A stretch of DNA of 29,360 nucleotides from a virus (Duplodnaviria > Caudoviricetes), in the IMG/VR virus record IMGVR_UViG_3300030329_003272, positions 1-29,360 of that record. One strand, written 5' to 3'. Positions 1 to 7,023 of the stretch are shown here, piece by piece (the first letter of the stretch is position 1; each line of letters begins with the position of its first letter). A program made the position numbers and the translations under genes. Below the pieces are notes generated by a model. That model was not told the DNA's origin, ran no database searches, and was given only the letters and a program-made list of their open reading frames with translations.

Positions 1-697
1 TCTCATAGGACAGCTCCAGGTATTCATCAAACTTGCGCTGCACTGTGTCCCACCCGTAGTTGTCCCGGACAAAGACGGCGCGGTGATGGTCTGAGCGTAG
101 CCACCAATCCACAACCCGCAGCACATTCTCTCGCCCACCCTTCTTCCTGAGCCGAGCTTTGAGGAAACTGCGGCGCTTCTTGGTGAGAGTCAAATCACGG
201 GTGCTGCCTGTCTCCTTGCGGGCCTTGTTGATCTCGTTCCACAGGTCCGCTGCTGAATCTGACATGTCTTCTTTAGAAGACAGAGTAGAGGTGTGTTCTT
301 GTGTCTTTGTGTTCTTGTGTAGATCCGCGCGTGTGGAGGTGGGCTGGAGGTGAGTTGGAGGCGGGCTGGAGGCTGGCTCTTGTGATTTCGGTGGTTTAGG
401 TGTTGTATTCTGGATGGCGGCTGGAGGTGAGTTGGAGGCGGGCTGGAGGTGGCCTTTCCAAGCGGGCTCGTCCTTCATGGTTGCCCTGGCCTGCCAGTCA
501 CTCCATCCCCACCGCCTACAGAGGGCCGGTCTACCTGGGCGCTTCTTGCGGCCCATGCGCTCCTGGTCAGCCCACCAGCGCAGGTCCATCAGCACCGCCG
601 AACGTGGCCAAGGTTTGGGCAGCTCAATCGCGATGTTTGGCCACCAAGCCGAGTCAATAGGCAGCCAGGGCGCAACCGCGTCTTTTTTCTCTTTCAC
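1..697 (-). CDS. Phage replication initiator / replisome organizer (lambda O-like), 5' part; continues across the circular junction to 29116 (about 280 aa)
   Basis: Manual translation from GTG 697 (GGAGAGG SD upstream): VKEKKDAVAPWLPID...ALCRRWGWSDWQARATM (HTH-like, WGWS motif), a Pro/Ser/Thr linker containing DNA repeats, then LTKKRRSFLKARL...WDTVQRKFDEYL. It is in frame with ORF 29116..29304 and followed by a helicase-loader-like gene. The ORF track misses this part. Confidence 0.82.
   Translation of the reverse strand, partial: MKEKKDAVAPWLPIDSAWWPNIAIELPKPWPRSAVLMDLRWWADQERMGRKKRPGRPALCRRWGWSDWQARATMKDEPAWKGHLQPASNSPPAAIQNTTPKPPKSQEPASSPPPTHLQPTSTRADLHKNTKTQEHTSTLSSKEDMSDSAADLWNEINKARKETGSTRDLTLTKKRRSFLKARLRKKGGRENVLRVVDWWLRSDHHRAVFVRDNYGWDTVQRKFDEYLELSYE
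2..99. repeat. Terminal direct repeat, left copy (circular assembly overlap)
   Basis: Bases 2-99 are identical to 29263-29360 (98 bp). Base 1 (T) differs from 29262 (C). Confidence 0.97.
265..449. other. Putative replication origin inside the initiator gene (iterons, T-rich tandem repeat, dyad)
   Basis: TGGAGG at 334, 345, 356, 367, 422, 433, 444 (TGGATG at 411), all in 11-bp phase. A 31-bp direct repeat lies at 342-372 and 419-449, an 8-bp period TGTGTTCT-like repeat at 292-320, and an inverted repeat TGTCTTCT/AGAAGACA at 265-282. Confidence 0.7.
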
Positions 698-717
698 TTC
701 CTCTCCCACGTATCAAA

Positions 718-789
718 GGCTCTTTCGACTGCTGCCTCCCTGGAGCTACCAGGGAGGTGGCCCGAAGGCCGCGCAATCGTGAAAGAGCC
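718..789 (-). ncRNA. Predicted three-way-junction structured RNA in the leader of the replication initiator
   Basis: Outer stem GGCUCUUUC/GAAAGAGCC plus GAUUGC/GCAGUC (a G-U pair only on the minus strand), a GGCC-UUCG-GGCC hairpin, and a 9-bp CCUCCCUGG/CCAGGGAGG hairpin. Confidence 0.55.
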
Positions 790-805
790 GGTTACCCCGG
801 CAAAC

Positions 806-1237
806 TCAGTCTAACACGTTTGAACAACTTACCACCTCGATGGTGGTAGACCCCTTTTCACCCCGTGCCCCCCAGAAGTCTCTGGCCTCCAACATCACCA
901 CCTGATTATCGTCAGCAATCACGCCAGCCTGCACGATGCAGTCGATAGCGAGCTTGCAGAGGTTGTCGATGTCGGGCTTGGTGGTCTTCCACATTCTCCC
1001 ATCTGGATCCTTCTTCCGGCCCAGCCTCAAGGGGCGCGGGTGTACGAAGATGAGGTAGACAGCCACCGGCCCGGCGTATGGCTCCTCCTTCCATTGTGAG
1101 CGAAGGACCATCGTGCAGGTGTCGAGATACTCCTTCGTCTTCTTGGGTAGGTAGGCGTGGGCGTGGCGGCCTCTAACGGTCACCCTGGGGCGGCCCATGG
1201 CAACTGGCGTGAAGTGGAGCACGGTTTCAAACATCAT
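806..1237 (-). CDS. rusA: RusA family Holliday junction resolvase
   Basis: PVAMGRPRV N-terminus and catalytic TTKPDIDNLCKLAIDCI...ADDNQVV motif. Start placed at ATG 1237 (ATGA overlap with the HTH gene stop). Confidence 0.93.
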   Translation of the reverse strand: MMFETVLHFTPVAMGRPRVTVRGRHAHAYLPKKTKEYLDTCTMVLRSQWKEEPYAGPVAVYLIFVHPRPLRLGRKKDPDGRMWKTTKPDIDNLCKLAIDCIVQAGVIADDNQVVMLEARDFWGARGEKGSTTIEVVSCSNVLD

Positions 1238-1473
1238 CTTCTGAGCGCATCGATCCAGACGTGACGCTGGGAGTCGCTCACCTGGAGCACCTCGAACAGG
1301 TCCGCCATGATGCGGACGTGCGGCGGGTTCTTGCCTTGCTCCCACAGGCAGACGGTCTTGCCCGTGACCTCAAGCAGCTCGCCAAGCTGCTCCTGTGACA
1401 TCCCTGCCTGGGCTCGTGCCCGTCTGAGCTTGTCGCCAAACTGGCTGGTCGGGTTGGTTTGTTCTGCTGTCAT
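1234..1473 (-). CDS. XRE/Cro-like helix-turn-helix regulator
   Basis: FGDKLRRARAQAGMSQEQLGELLEVTGKTVCLWEQGKNPP is an HTH_3 signature. AGGAGG SD. First gene of the leftward operon. Confidence 0.92.
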   Translation of the reverse strand: MTAEQTNPTSQFGDKLRRARAQAGMSQEQLGELLEVTGKTVCLWEQGKNPPHVRIMADLFEVLQVSDSQRHVWIDALRR

Positions 1474-1504
1474 GTTCCCTCCTGGGTAGTGGGTCTCTCC
1501 TCCA

Positions 1505-1533
1505 CTAATGGCACGTTATCGGGCTGTGGTCAA
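1505..1533 (-). promoter_or_regulatory. Putative leftward sigma70-type promoter
   Basis: TTGACC-N17-CATTAG on the minus strand upstream of the HTH gene. The -10 element is weak. Confidence 0.4.
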
Positions 1534-1546
1534 ATATATCGACATG

Positions 1547-1580
1547 TTACCTTGACCGTAGTTTACCCATGCTGTATAAG
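1547..1580 (+). promoter_or_regulatory. Rightward early promoter P1 with two degenerate operator sites
   Basis: TTGACC(1552)-N17-TATAAG(1575). TTACC-N5-CGTAG at 1547-1561 and TTACC-N5-TGTAT at 1563-1577. Confidence 0.65.
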
Positions 1581-1609
1581 AGAGGGGTAACTAACGAACA
1601 GGAGCGACC

Positions 1610-1834
1610 ATGACCACCTCAAGCACTAACTGGATTCACATCGGGATTGAGATAGCGCACCTTTCTTCCAAAAAGCGGAAGTGGCGCGTTGTCGGCAGAG
1701 CCAGCAGTATCGGCGACTGGCTACTTGAGCTTGTCGGTGATGAGGGCAAGCAGCGGTATCTCTCACAGCATCAAGCAGACCGATATTGGATCAACGCCAA
1801 GTATCTCACCACCCCCTCGAAGGAGACCCCATGA
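1610..1834 (+). CDS. Hypothetical early protein (74 aa)
   Basis: AGGAG SD, first gene after P1, ATGA-coupled to the next gene. Confidence 0.75.
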   Translation: MTTSSTNWIHIGIEIAHLSSKKRKWRVVGRASSIGDWLLELVGDEGKQRYLSQHQADRYWINAKYLTTPSKETP

Positions 1835-2151
1835 CCCCTTCCACCTTTCTCGATGCCACAGCGCTTGCTATGGCCGACCTACAAGAGCGCTTCCCAGGCA
1901 TGACCATCGAGCCCGATGGCGTGATGGTTCTGGCGCTGGACCGGCGAGCCCTTGACCGGCTCCAGATCACTATCAACGTACCCGCCGACACATTCCGCGA
2001 GATGTTCCAAGGCGTGGAGGTCGAGGTTGAGCACACCAGCCGCTTCAAGACCTACTCAATTGTCTTTGATATCGGGAAGCATACGGTACAGTACAAGACC
2101 CGGATTTTTCGTCGAGAGGAATCCTTCACCACCACAACCACCACCCTCTGA
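1831..2151 (+). CDS. Hypothetical early protein (106 aa)
   Basis: AAGGAG SD before ATG 1831 and ATGA overlap. Confidence 0.75.
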   Translation: MTPSTFLDATALAMADLQERFPGMTIEPDGVMVLALDRRALDRLQITINVPADTFREMFQGVEVEVEHTSRFKTYSIVFDIGKHTVQYKTRIFRREESFTTTTTTL

Positions 2152-2160
2152 GGAGGAACC

Positions 2161-2901
2161 ATGACCACCAACGATCAATCAATGACTGTCCAAGAGGACG
2201 CCAACACCATCCACTTCGATGGCGATGTGACGGCACTGGCCGCAGCTCTTGCGAGGGCTCAGGCAGCAATGCCGGCAGCGCTCAAGAAACAATTAAACGA
2301 ATACTTCGGCTCCGAGTATGCGGACCTAAACGCGGTGTTTGAAAGTGTCCTACCAGCATTGAATGCTGAGGGCTGCTTGCTGATGCTTCATGTGGACTGC
2401 AACGAAGCCACCGGCTTTTCCCACTGCAACATCGTCATCATGGGCCACGGTGCTCAGATGGTGTTTTCTTCATCCTGTCCAATGGGCAAGGGTGGCGGCC
2501 CACAGGGCTGGGCGGCTACGACGACCTACCACAAGCGGATCTCGCTGAAGAGCCTTTTCTGCCTGAACGAAGCCCCACCGGAAAAGGGCCAAAAGCTCGA
2601 CACAGCCGACGACGACGGAAACAGGGCGCAGGGCTACTACAACAAAGCAGCGCCAGCCAGAAAGGCAGCAGCGCCCACCAATGGGCCAGGATGCCCGGTG
2701 TGCGGCGGCGCCATGTGGGACAACAGAGCAACGCGGACAGGAAAGCAACCCGACTATCGATGCAAGGACAGGGCTTGTGCCAGCGACAAGGGCGTGCTCT
2801 GGCTCACCGATGACGAGCGGGCAGCATTCAAGGCACAGCTTGAGAACGTGGAAGATTTCAACCGGCCAGATCGTGATGACTACCAGGGAGGGCCGTTCTA
2901 A
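2161..2901 (+). CDS. ERF-family single-strand annealing protein with C-terminal zinc ribbon
   Basis: ALAAALARAQ...EYADL...PQGWAATTTYHKRISL...DDDGN matches the ERF pattern (GSAxTYARRYAL...DDDG). C-terminal CPVC...C..DRAC. GAGGAGG SD. Confidence 0.85.
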   Translation: MTTNDQSMTVQEDANTIHFDGDVTALAAALARAQAAMPAALKKQLNEYFGSEYADLNAVFESVLPALNAEGCLLMLHVDCNEATGFSHCNIVIMGHGAQMVFSSSCPMGKGGGPQGWAATTTYHKRISLKSLFCLNEAPPEKGQKLDTADDDGNRAQGYYNKAAPARKAAAPTNGPGCPVCGGAMWDNRATRTGKQPDYRCKDRACASDKGVLWLTDDERAAFKAQLENVEDFNRPDRDDYQGGPF

Positions 2902-3398
2902 TGAACACCTACGAACTGCTGACCGCTGCCGGGCACATCCTTGCAGACATTGAGGATGAGAACGGAGAGATCACCGAGGCCACCCTGGCCGCTCTTGACG
3001 AATGGATCGGATCCTCAGAGGATGAGCTTGCTTTCATCCGAGCTGTCATCACCCGCACCAAGAACGAGCAGGCTCTGCTTCGCGAGGAGGAGACACGTCT
3101 GGCTGACCGGCGCAAGCGCCTGAATGTTGTGCTTGACCGGATGACCGACAAGGCCACCTCACTGCTTCAGGCTCAAGAAGCCCTGGGCAATGAGCCCAAG
3201 GTCAAGACGGACACCTACACCGTATCGTTGACCCGCAGTCAGAGTGTCCACGTTGACCACCTGGAGACTGTGGCCAATGACTGGCTCATCTACCCCGAGC
3301 CCAAGGTAGACAAGGCAGGAGCCCGGAAGGCCATGCTGGCCGGTGAGGAGATCCGTGGACTGTCCCTCCAGCCTTCCTACTCGCTGAGGTGGAAGTGA
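2901..3398 (+). CDS. Siphovirus Gp157 family protein
   Basis: Coiled coil EEETRLADRRKRL and C-terminal PKVDKAGARKAMLAGEEIRGLSL...SLRWK. Typical neighbour of annealing proteins. TAATG coupling. Confidence 0.85.
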   Translation: MNTYELLTAAGHILADIEDENGEITEATLAALDEWIGSSEDELAFIRAVITRTKNEQALLREEETRLADRRKRLNVVLDRMTDKATSLLQAQEALGNEPKVKTDTYTVSLTRSQSVHVDHLETVANDWLIYPEPKVDKAGARKAMLAGEEIRGLSLQPSYSLRWK

Positions 3399-3574
3399 TG
3401 CAGCTACCACCCGGATACGACACCTGGAAGACCGCCAGCCCAGAGGATGACGCCCCCTACCTCATCGAATGCGAGGAGTGTGATGCGATGGTGCCAGAGG
3501 AAGAACTGATCCCCGTGAATGACACTACAATCGACTACATACCCAAGGTATGCCGGGAGTGTGCTGGCCGATGA
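3398..3574 (+). CDS. Small zinc-finger protein (58 aa)
   Basis: GYDTWKTASP, CEEC...CREC. TGATG and ATGA coupling on both sides. Confidence 0.75.
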   Translation: MQLPPGYDTWKTASPEDDAPYLIECEECDAMVPEEELIPVNDTTIDYIPKVCRECAGR

Positions 3575-3909
3575 AAGCTCAACTACGCCCCACCATCTGG
3601 CTCGACCGCGATGGGTCACCATTGGACGACCTACGCGCAGGCGTGGAGCGCATGGTCAACCTTCACTGTGAGACACCACAGAAGCAGGTGGCCATGTGCC
3701 GGGTCTTCATCTGTCGCCAGTTACAACGCATCCACAAGCATCCGATCCGCTTCCAGTTCCGGCGCGTGTTCCGAGAGAACACCCTGACCCAGCTTGGCCT
3801 GTGGCAGGCAGCCCATGTGCAGCTCACAGGGCGAATCTACGAGCCTGATGATGAGGCCATTGAGGAGCTTGCGGCGCTGTGCAACCAATCAATCAGGAGG
3901 AACCCATGA
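3571..3909 (+). CDS. Hypothetical protein (112 aa)
   Basis: ATGA coupling at both ends. Confidence 0.7.
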   Translation: MKAQLRPTIWLDRDGSPLDDLRAGVERMVNLHCETPQKQVAMCRVFICRQLQRIHKHPIRFQFRRVFRENTLTQLGLWQAAHVQLTGRIYEPDDEAIEELAALCNQSIRRNP

Positions 3910-4007
3910 CCCAGCTCATAGACAGCGCCATAGCCATCGCATTCATCGCTGCCTGCCTCGTCTTCATGATGGGGCTGGAGAGCCTCACGATGTGGCTGGT
4001 GCGGTGA
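3906..4007 (+). CDS. Small single-pass membrane protein (33 aa)
   Basis: AGGAGG at 3895-3900 and ATGA overlap. Translation MTQLIDSAIAIAFIAACLVFMMGLESLTMWLVR. Below the ORF-track cutoff. Confidence 0.7.
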   Translation: MTQLIDSAIAIAFIAACLVFMMGLESLTMWLVR

Positions 4008-4014
4008 AGGAATA

Positions 4015-4072
4015 GGGCGCCGGTTGGGGAAAGGACAACCCCACGGTCCAGCAGGAAACCTGACCGGCGCCC
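4015..4072. ncRNA. Branched stem-loop at the convergence of early and late transcripts (terminator or structured RNA)
   Basis: A 10-bp stem GGGCGCCGGT/ACCGGCGCCC encloses TGGGG/CCCCA and CAGG/CCTG hairpins. No clear U tract. Confidence 0.55.
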
Positions 4073-4077
4073 AAACC

Positions 4078-4296
4078 CTACCTGCTCTTGTTGATCACCA
4101 AGTCCACAACCACGTCCACAAGCAGCGCAAGCATGCGCTCCTCCATTCCCTCACCGATGCCGGGAATGTTGATCTTGTCGTTGAGAAACTCAACTACCCA
4201 CTTCCGCTTCTTGGCTCCCGTTCCAGGCTCAGGAAACAGCTCCTCAGCCATCTCCACAGCACGAGCCGCCAACCGTCCAATCTTCCGGCGTCTCAT
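4078..4296 (-). CDS. Hypothetical lysis-module protein, similar in pattern to the soluble part of LL-H-type holins
   Basis: AVEMAEELFPEPGTGAKKRKWV motif. ATGA-coupled. Last gene of the late operon. Confidence 0.6.
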   Translation of the reverse strand: MRRRKIGRLAARAVEMAEELFPEPGTGAKKRKWVVEFLNDKINIPGIGEGMEERMLALLVDVVVDLVINKSR

Positions 4297-4538
4297 TCGC
4301 TCTCTTCCTTGGCCGGTTCTTCCTCTTTGCTGGGCTCAGGTGCCTCCTCCTCGGCGACTGGCTCTTCCTCCGCCTCAGCGGGCGCCGGCTCCTCTACGGG
4401 CGATTCTACGGCCTCCTCTGCGCTCGGCAGCTCCGGCTTGAACTGGCAGGTCCCAAAGATGGACGACACCACCACGGCACCTCCAACGAAACCGACCTTC
4501 AGTTTATGTGCTTCTGCAAGCTCTTTGATTTTGCTCAT
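4293..4538 (-). CDS. Small membrane-anchored or lipoprotein-like protein with Glu/Pro-rich tail
   Basis: Hydrophobic VGFVGGAVVVSSIFGTC followed by an acidic low-complexity region. GGAGGAG SD and ATGA overlap. Confidence 0.65.
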   Translation of the reverse strand: MSKIKELAEAHKLKVGFVGGAVVVSSIFGTCQFKPELPSAEEAVESPVEEPAPAEAEEEPVAEEEAPEPSKEEEPAKEESE

Positions 4539-5329
4539 CTCATCTCCTCCTCTGTGATCAATGTGTAGGTGAACACCTCGGCCCCACTGGCCTCGCAGAT
4601 GTCCATAGCCTCAGCCCAGTCTGACTTCCTGGCGAACACCTGACAGCCCGCAGACCAGCGGCCCACTATGGTCGAGTCTTCCCCGGCGTGATGGATGTTG
4701 ATCCCGAACCAACCCTCATCGATGGAGTCGTGGTTTAAATCCAGTATGGCATCACCATCATCGTCTCTGTAAACCTTCACGCTGCCTGCCCGCTGGCATA
4801 GCGTGCGGTAGCCGACGCGCCCCTGGTGGTTGTCAAACTTGTACACGGGCCAGGAGCCAGGACACAGGATCGCCGTGCCCTTGTCCGGGCCATCCTCCAG
4901 CCAGGGCAAGCCGGGGTCAGTGGTCGCCGGGTAGGTCCGATGGGACCACAACCCATCCTCCACCCAGGCGAGGTGTATGTGGTCGTCAAACTTCCCTGCC
5001 TCCGAATTGGAGCTACGCACGCCTATCAGGTTGATCTGCCCGTCCAGGTGGATGGGGTGACCGAGGCGCTCACATGCCAGGACCACCGCCGGATACTTGG
5101 CCGAAGGCTTCTCCTGGTTCATGGCCTCACGCTTGCCCAGGGCGGCGAGGGTGCGCGGGCCTACCACGCCATCAACGTCGAGCTTCTCCGCAGCTTGGAA
5201 CAGGCGCACGGCTGCCTGGGTGGCTGGGCCAAAGATGCCATCAGCAACGAGCGAGCCATAGCCCGCAGCGTTCAGCCGCTTCTGCAAGTCACGCACGCCC
5301 GGACCACGGGCGCCGATGCGGATGATCAT
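4535..5329 (-). CDS. Endolysin: PG_binding_1 domain plus a His/Cys (YkuD-like) catalytic domain
   Basis: VRDLQKRL...ADGIFGPATQAAVRLFQ...VDGVVGPRT peptidoglycan-binding repeat, and GINIHHAG...WSAGCQV. Confidence 0.88.
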   Translation of the reverse strand: MIIRIGARGPGVRDLQKRLNAAGYGSLVADGIFGPATQAAVRLFQAAEKLDVDGVVGPRTLAALGKREAMNQEKPSAKYPAVVLACERLGHPIHLDGQINLIGVRSSNSEAGKFDDHIHLAWVEDGLWSHRTYPATTDPGLPWLEDGPDKGTAILCPGSWPVYKFDNHQGRVGYRTLCQRAGSVKVYRDDDGDAILDLNHDSIDEGWFGINIHHAGEDSTIVGRWSAGCQVFARKSDWAEAMDICEASGAEVFTYTLITEEEMR

Positions 5330-5613
5330 GCGTCTACCTTGTCCGCAATGCTTTCGAGCTTGCCGGAGATATCCACCAGCAGCCTATCGATCCGCGCGTC
5401 ATATTTGACAATGACCTCATCGTATCGGTCACGTATCTTGTCGAAGCCTTCTTCCCGCTCCTTCTCGATGGTGGCGAGCGTTTCAAGCAACCGATCCACA
5501 TAGGCATCAAGCCTCTTCTGTGTTTCGCGGTGCTGCCAAACCAAGAAGATAATGAAGGCACCAGCCATGCCTGCATCGCTCATTATGCTGGACCAGGAAG
5601 TCAGGTCTTCCAT
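5326..5613 (-). CDS. Putative holin (single TM plus coiled coil, BhlA/UviB-like)
   Basis: AGMAGAFIIFLVWQH TM segment directly upstream of the endolysin, ATGA-coupled. Confidence 0.65.
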   Translation of the reverse strand: MEDLTSWSSIMSDAGMAGAFIIFLVWQHRETQKRLDAYVDRLLETLATIEKEREEGFDKIRDRYDEVIVKYDARIDRLLVDISGKLESIADKVDA

Positions 5614-5885
5614 CAGTCACACCGTGCGCCGGTTGCCTGACAGATGGCCGCGATGCTGCGCCCCTGAGCTGTGACCTCATCACGAAGCGCTCTCTGCTCA
5701 GTCATCACCGTCTCGATGCGCTCAAGCCCGACCGGGTGCCCAGGCTTGTCTGCGTGCCTCTCGATCTTCTCCGCCGCATCTGCTGCCATGTCATGGGCTC
5801 CGACCATCTGCGCAGCGATGCCACCAGCACCGAACAGAACAGCCGAAGCCCACAACCCGATCTTGACCAATGTGTCTGCGTTCAT
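5613..5885 (-). CDS. Membrane protein with coiled coil and C-terminal Cys pair (lysis accessory)
   Basis: IGLWASAVLFGAGGIAA TM segment and ...SIAAICQATGARCD. Start is 5885 or 5897. Confidence 0.6.
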   Translation of the reverse strand: MNADTLVKIGLWASAVLFGAGGIAAQMVGAHDMAADAAEKIERHADKPGHPVGLERIETVMTEQRALRDEVTAQGRSIAAICQATGARCD

Positions 5886-5902
5886 GATTGCCCCCATGAT
5901 GC

Positions 5903-7021
5903 TCAGAAAGACCGGCGGCCCACGATGGGTTGAACCAACACGGAGACCTTCTCGATCACAATCTGCACCCTCTCAGGCGAGGTATACCCAGAGTTACCAC
6001 GTTGATCCACCAAGATGATGGGATGAGCGTAGGAGCCGACATGGCGCATCTGCTCGGTGTGCTGGATGTTGGTGTCAATGAGTGGGCCGGTAGCATGGGC
6101 AGGAAGCCCATCCAACGAATCCACAGCCGAACTGGCAAGCCACATCACCACAGAGCCCTCATTCTGGGAGTCGTTGTTCGCGCCAGAATTTGCGTCTGAG
6201 ACAGTTGGAAACCCGCCGATCTGCATGTGCATCTGGTCAAAGCCAGCGGTGTCTGCTGTGCTCTCTCGGAGGTGAACTTGCCCACCTTGGAGGAAATTCA
6301 AATCACTGTTGACGCCGCTGTGGACTGTGTTGTCCCTCAGTGCTGGGCTGGCGCCATCGTTCGGTGCCAGGGTCAAGAACTCCAAGCTGCAATCACCATC
6401 TGGCTGATTGTCTTGCTTGTCCACCCGGAACACCTGCGCGTAGTTGTTCAGGCTGTCGCACTTCGGCGGCGCTGTCGGGTTGCCGCTTTGATCTGTCGAA
6501 TAGAAGGCCCACCCGATACCGCACCGCGTAGCGCTCCCCTTGGCACCGGTTCCGAATGGATCCGTGTCGGTGGCTTGATTACCTCCAATCCCATATCCAC
6601 AGCCCGAGGTGCCAGCACCGAGTTGCCCGAATTGCAGCCGCACATTGATGATCGCATACTCGGAATAGAACGTGTCAGCGGTCACACCCGTTGGTGCCCC
6701 GGCAGGCGTGCAGTCAATGTGATCCTTGTAGATCAAACCGAATCCAGGAATGACGGGATCACCCACGGTGGGGTTGTACTCAATTTTATTGCCCGCAGCT
6801 TTCACGTCCTCAATGCCAGCCGTGATGATCAGCTTTCCGCCGCTGTTGGTGGCGGCCCAGGCGTTTGCGTAGGTTTCCCCTGTCCCGTTGTTCCCTACGA
6901 CCGCCCACTTGGCGGTGGTCAGATCCAGGTCCACCCACTCAGCATAGAGCTTTGCATTGCCACCACCGCCGGGGTTGGGGCGCTGCTTCCATCCGTGTGA
7001 TTTTGGTATTGAGTAGCCCAT
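5903..7021 (-). CDS. Putative virion / receptor-binding protein (about 372 aa)
   Basis: Gly/Asn/Thr/Asp-rich beta-type composition at the end of the tail module. Function inferred from position only. Confidence 0.55.
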   Translation of the reverse strand: MGYSIPKSHGWKQRPNPGGGGNAKLYAEWVDLDLTTAKWAVVGNNGTGETYANAWAATNSGGKLIITAGIEDVKAAGNKIEYNPTVGDPVIPGFGLIYKDHIDCTPAGAPTGVTADTFYSEYAIINVRLQFGQLGAGTSGCGYGIGGNQATDTDPFGTGAKGSATRCGIGWAFYSTDQSGNPTAPPKCDSLNNYAQVFRVDKQDNQPDGDCSLEFLTLAPNDGASPALRDNTVHSGVNSDLNFLQGGQVHLRESTADTAGFDQMHMQIGGFPTVSDANSGANNDSQNEGSVVMWLASSAVDSLDGLPAHATGPLIDTNIQHTEQMRHVGSYAHPIILVDQRGNSGYTSPERVQIVIEKVSVLVQPIVGRRSF

Positions 7022-7023
7022 GC

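Noticed and set aside
2-99. Biological terminal repeat (T7-like DTR)
   Set aside because: It falls mid-gene and its 98-bp length fits a k-mer assembly overlap, so it is treated as evidence of circularity only.
334-449. Repeats considered as a CRISPR array
   Set aside because: Only two 31-bp copies, built from 11-bp subunits inside a CDS, with no cas genes. Iterons fit better.
718-789. tRNA interpretation of the 72-nt branched folds (also 27683-27754)
   Set aside because: Only two inner arms, with no TTCRA T-loop and no anticodon-arm geometry.
159-814. Several plus-strand ORFs (159-353, 400-660, 414-782, 449-814)
   Set aside because: Shadows of the minus-strand initiator gene and its leader. 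They have no SD or recognisable motifs.
1238-1345. Long N-terminal extension of RusA in the ORF track
   Set aside because: It overlaps the HTH gene. ATG 1237 gives an ATGA coupling and a normal RusA length.
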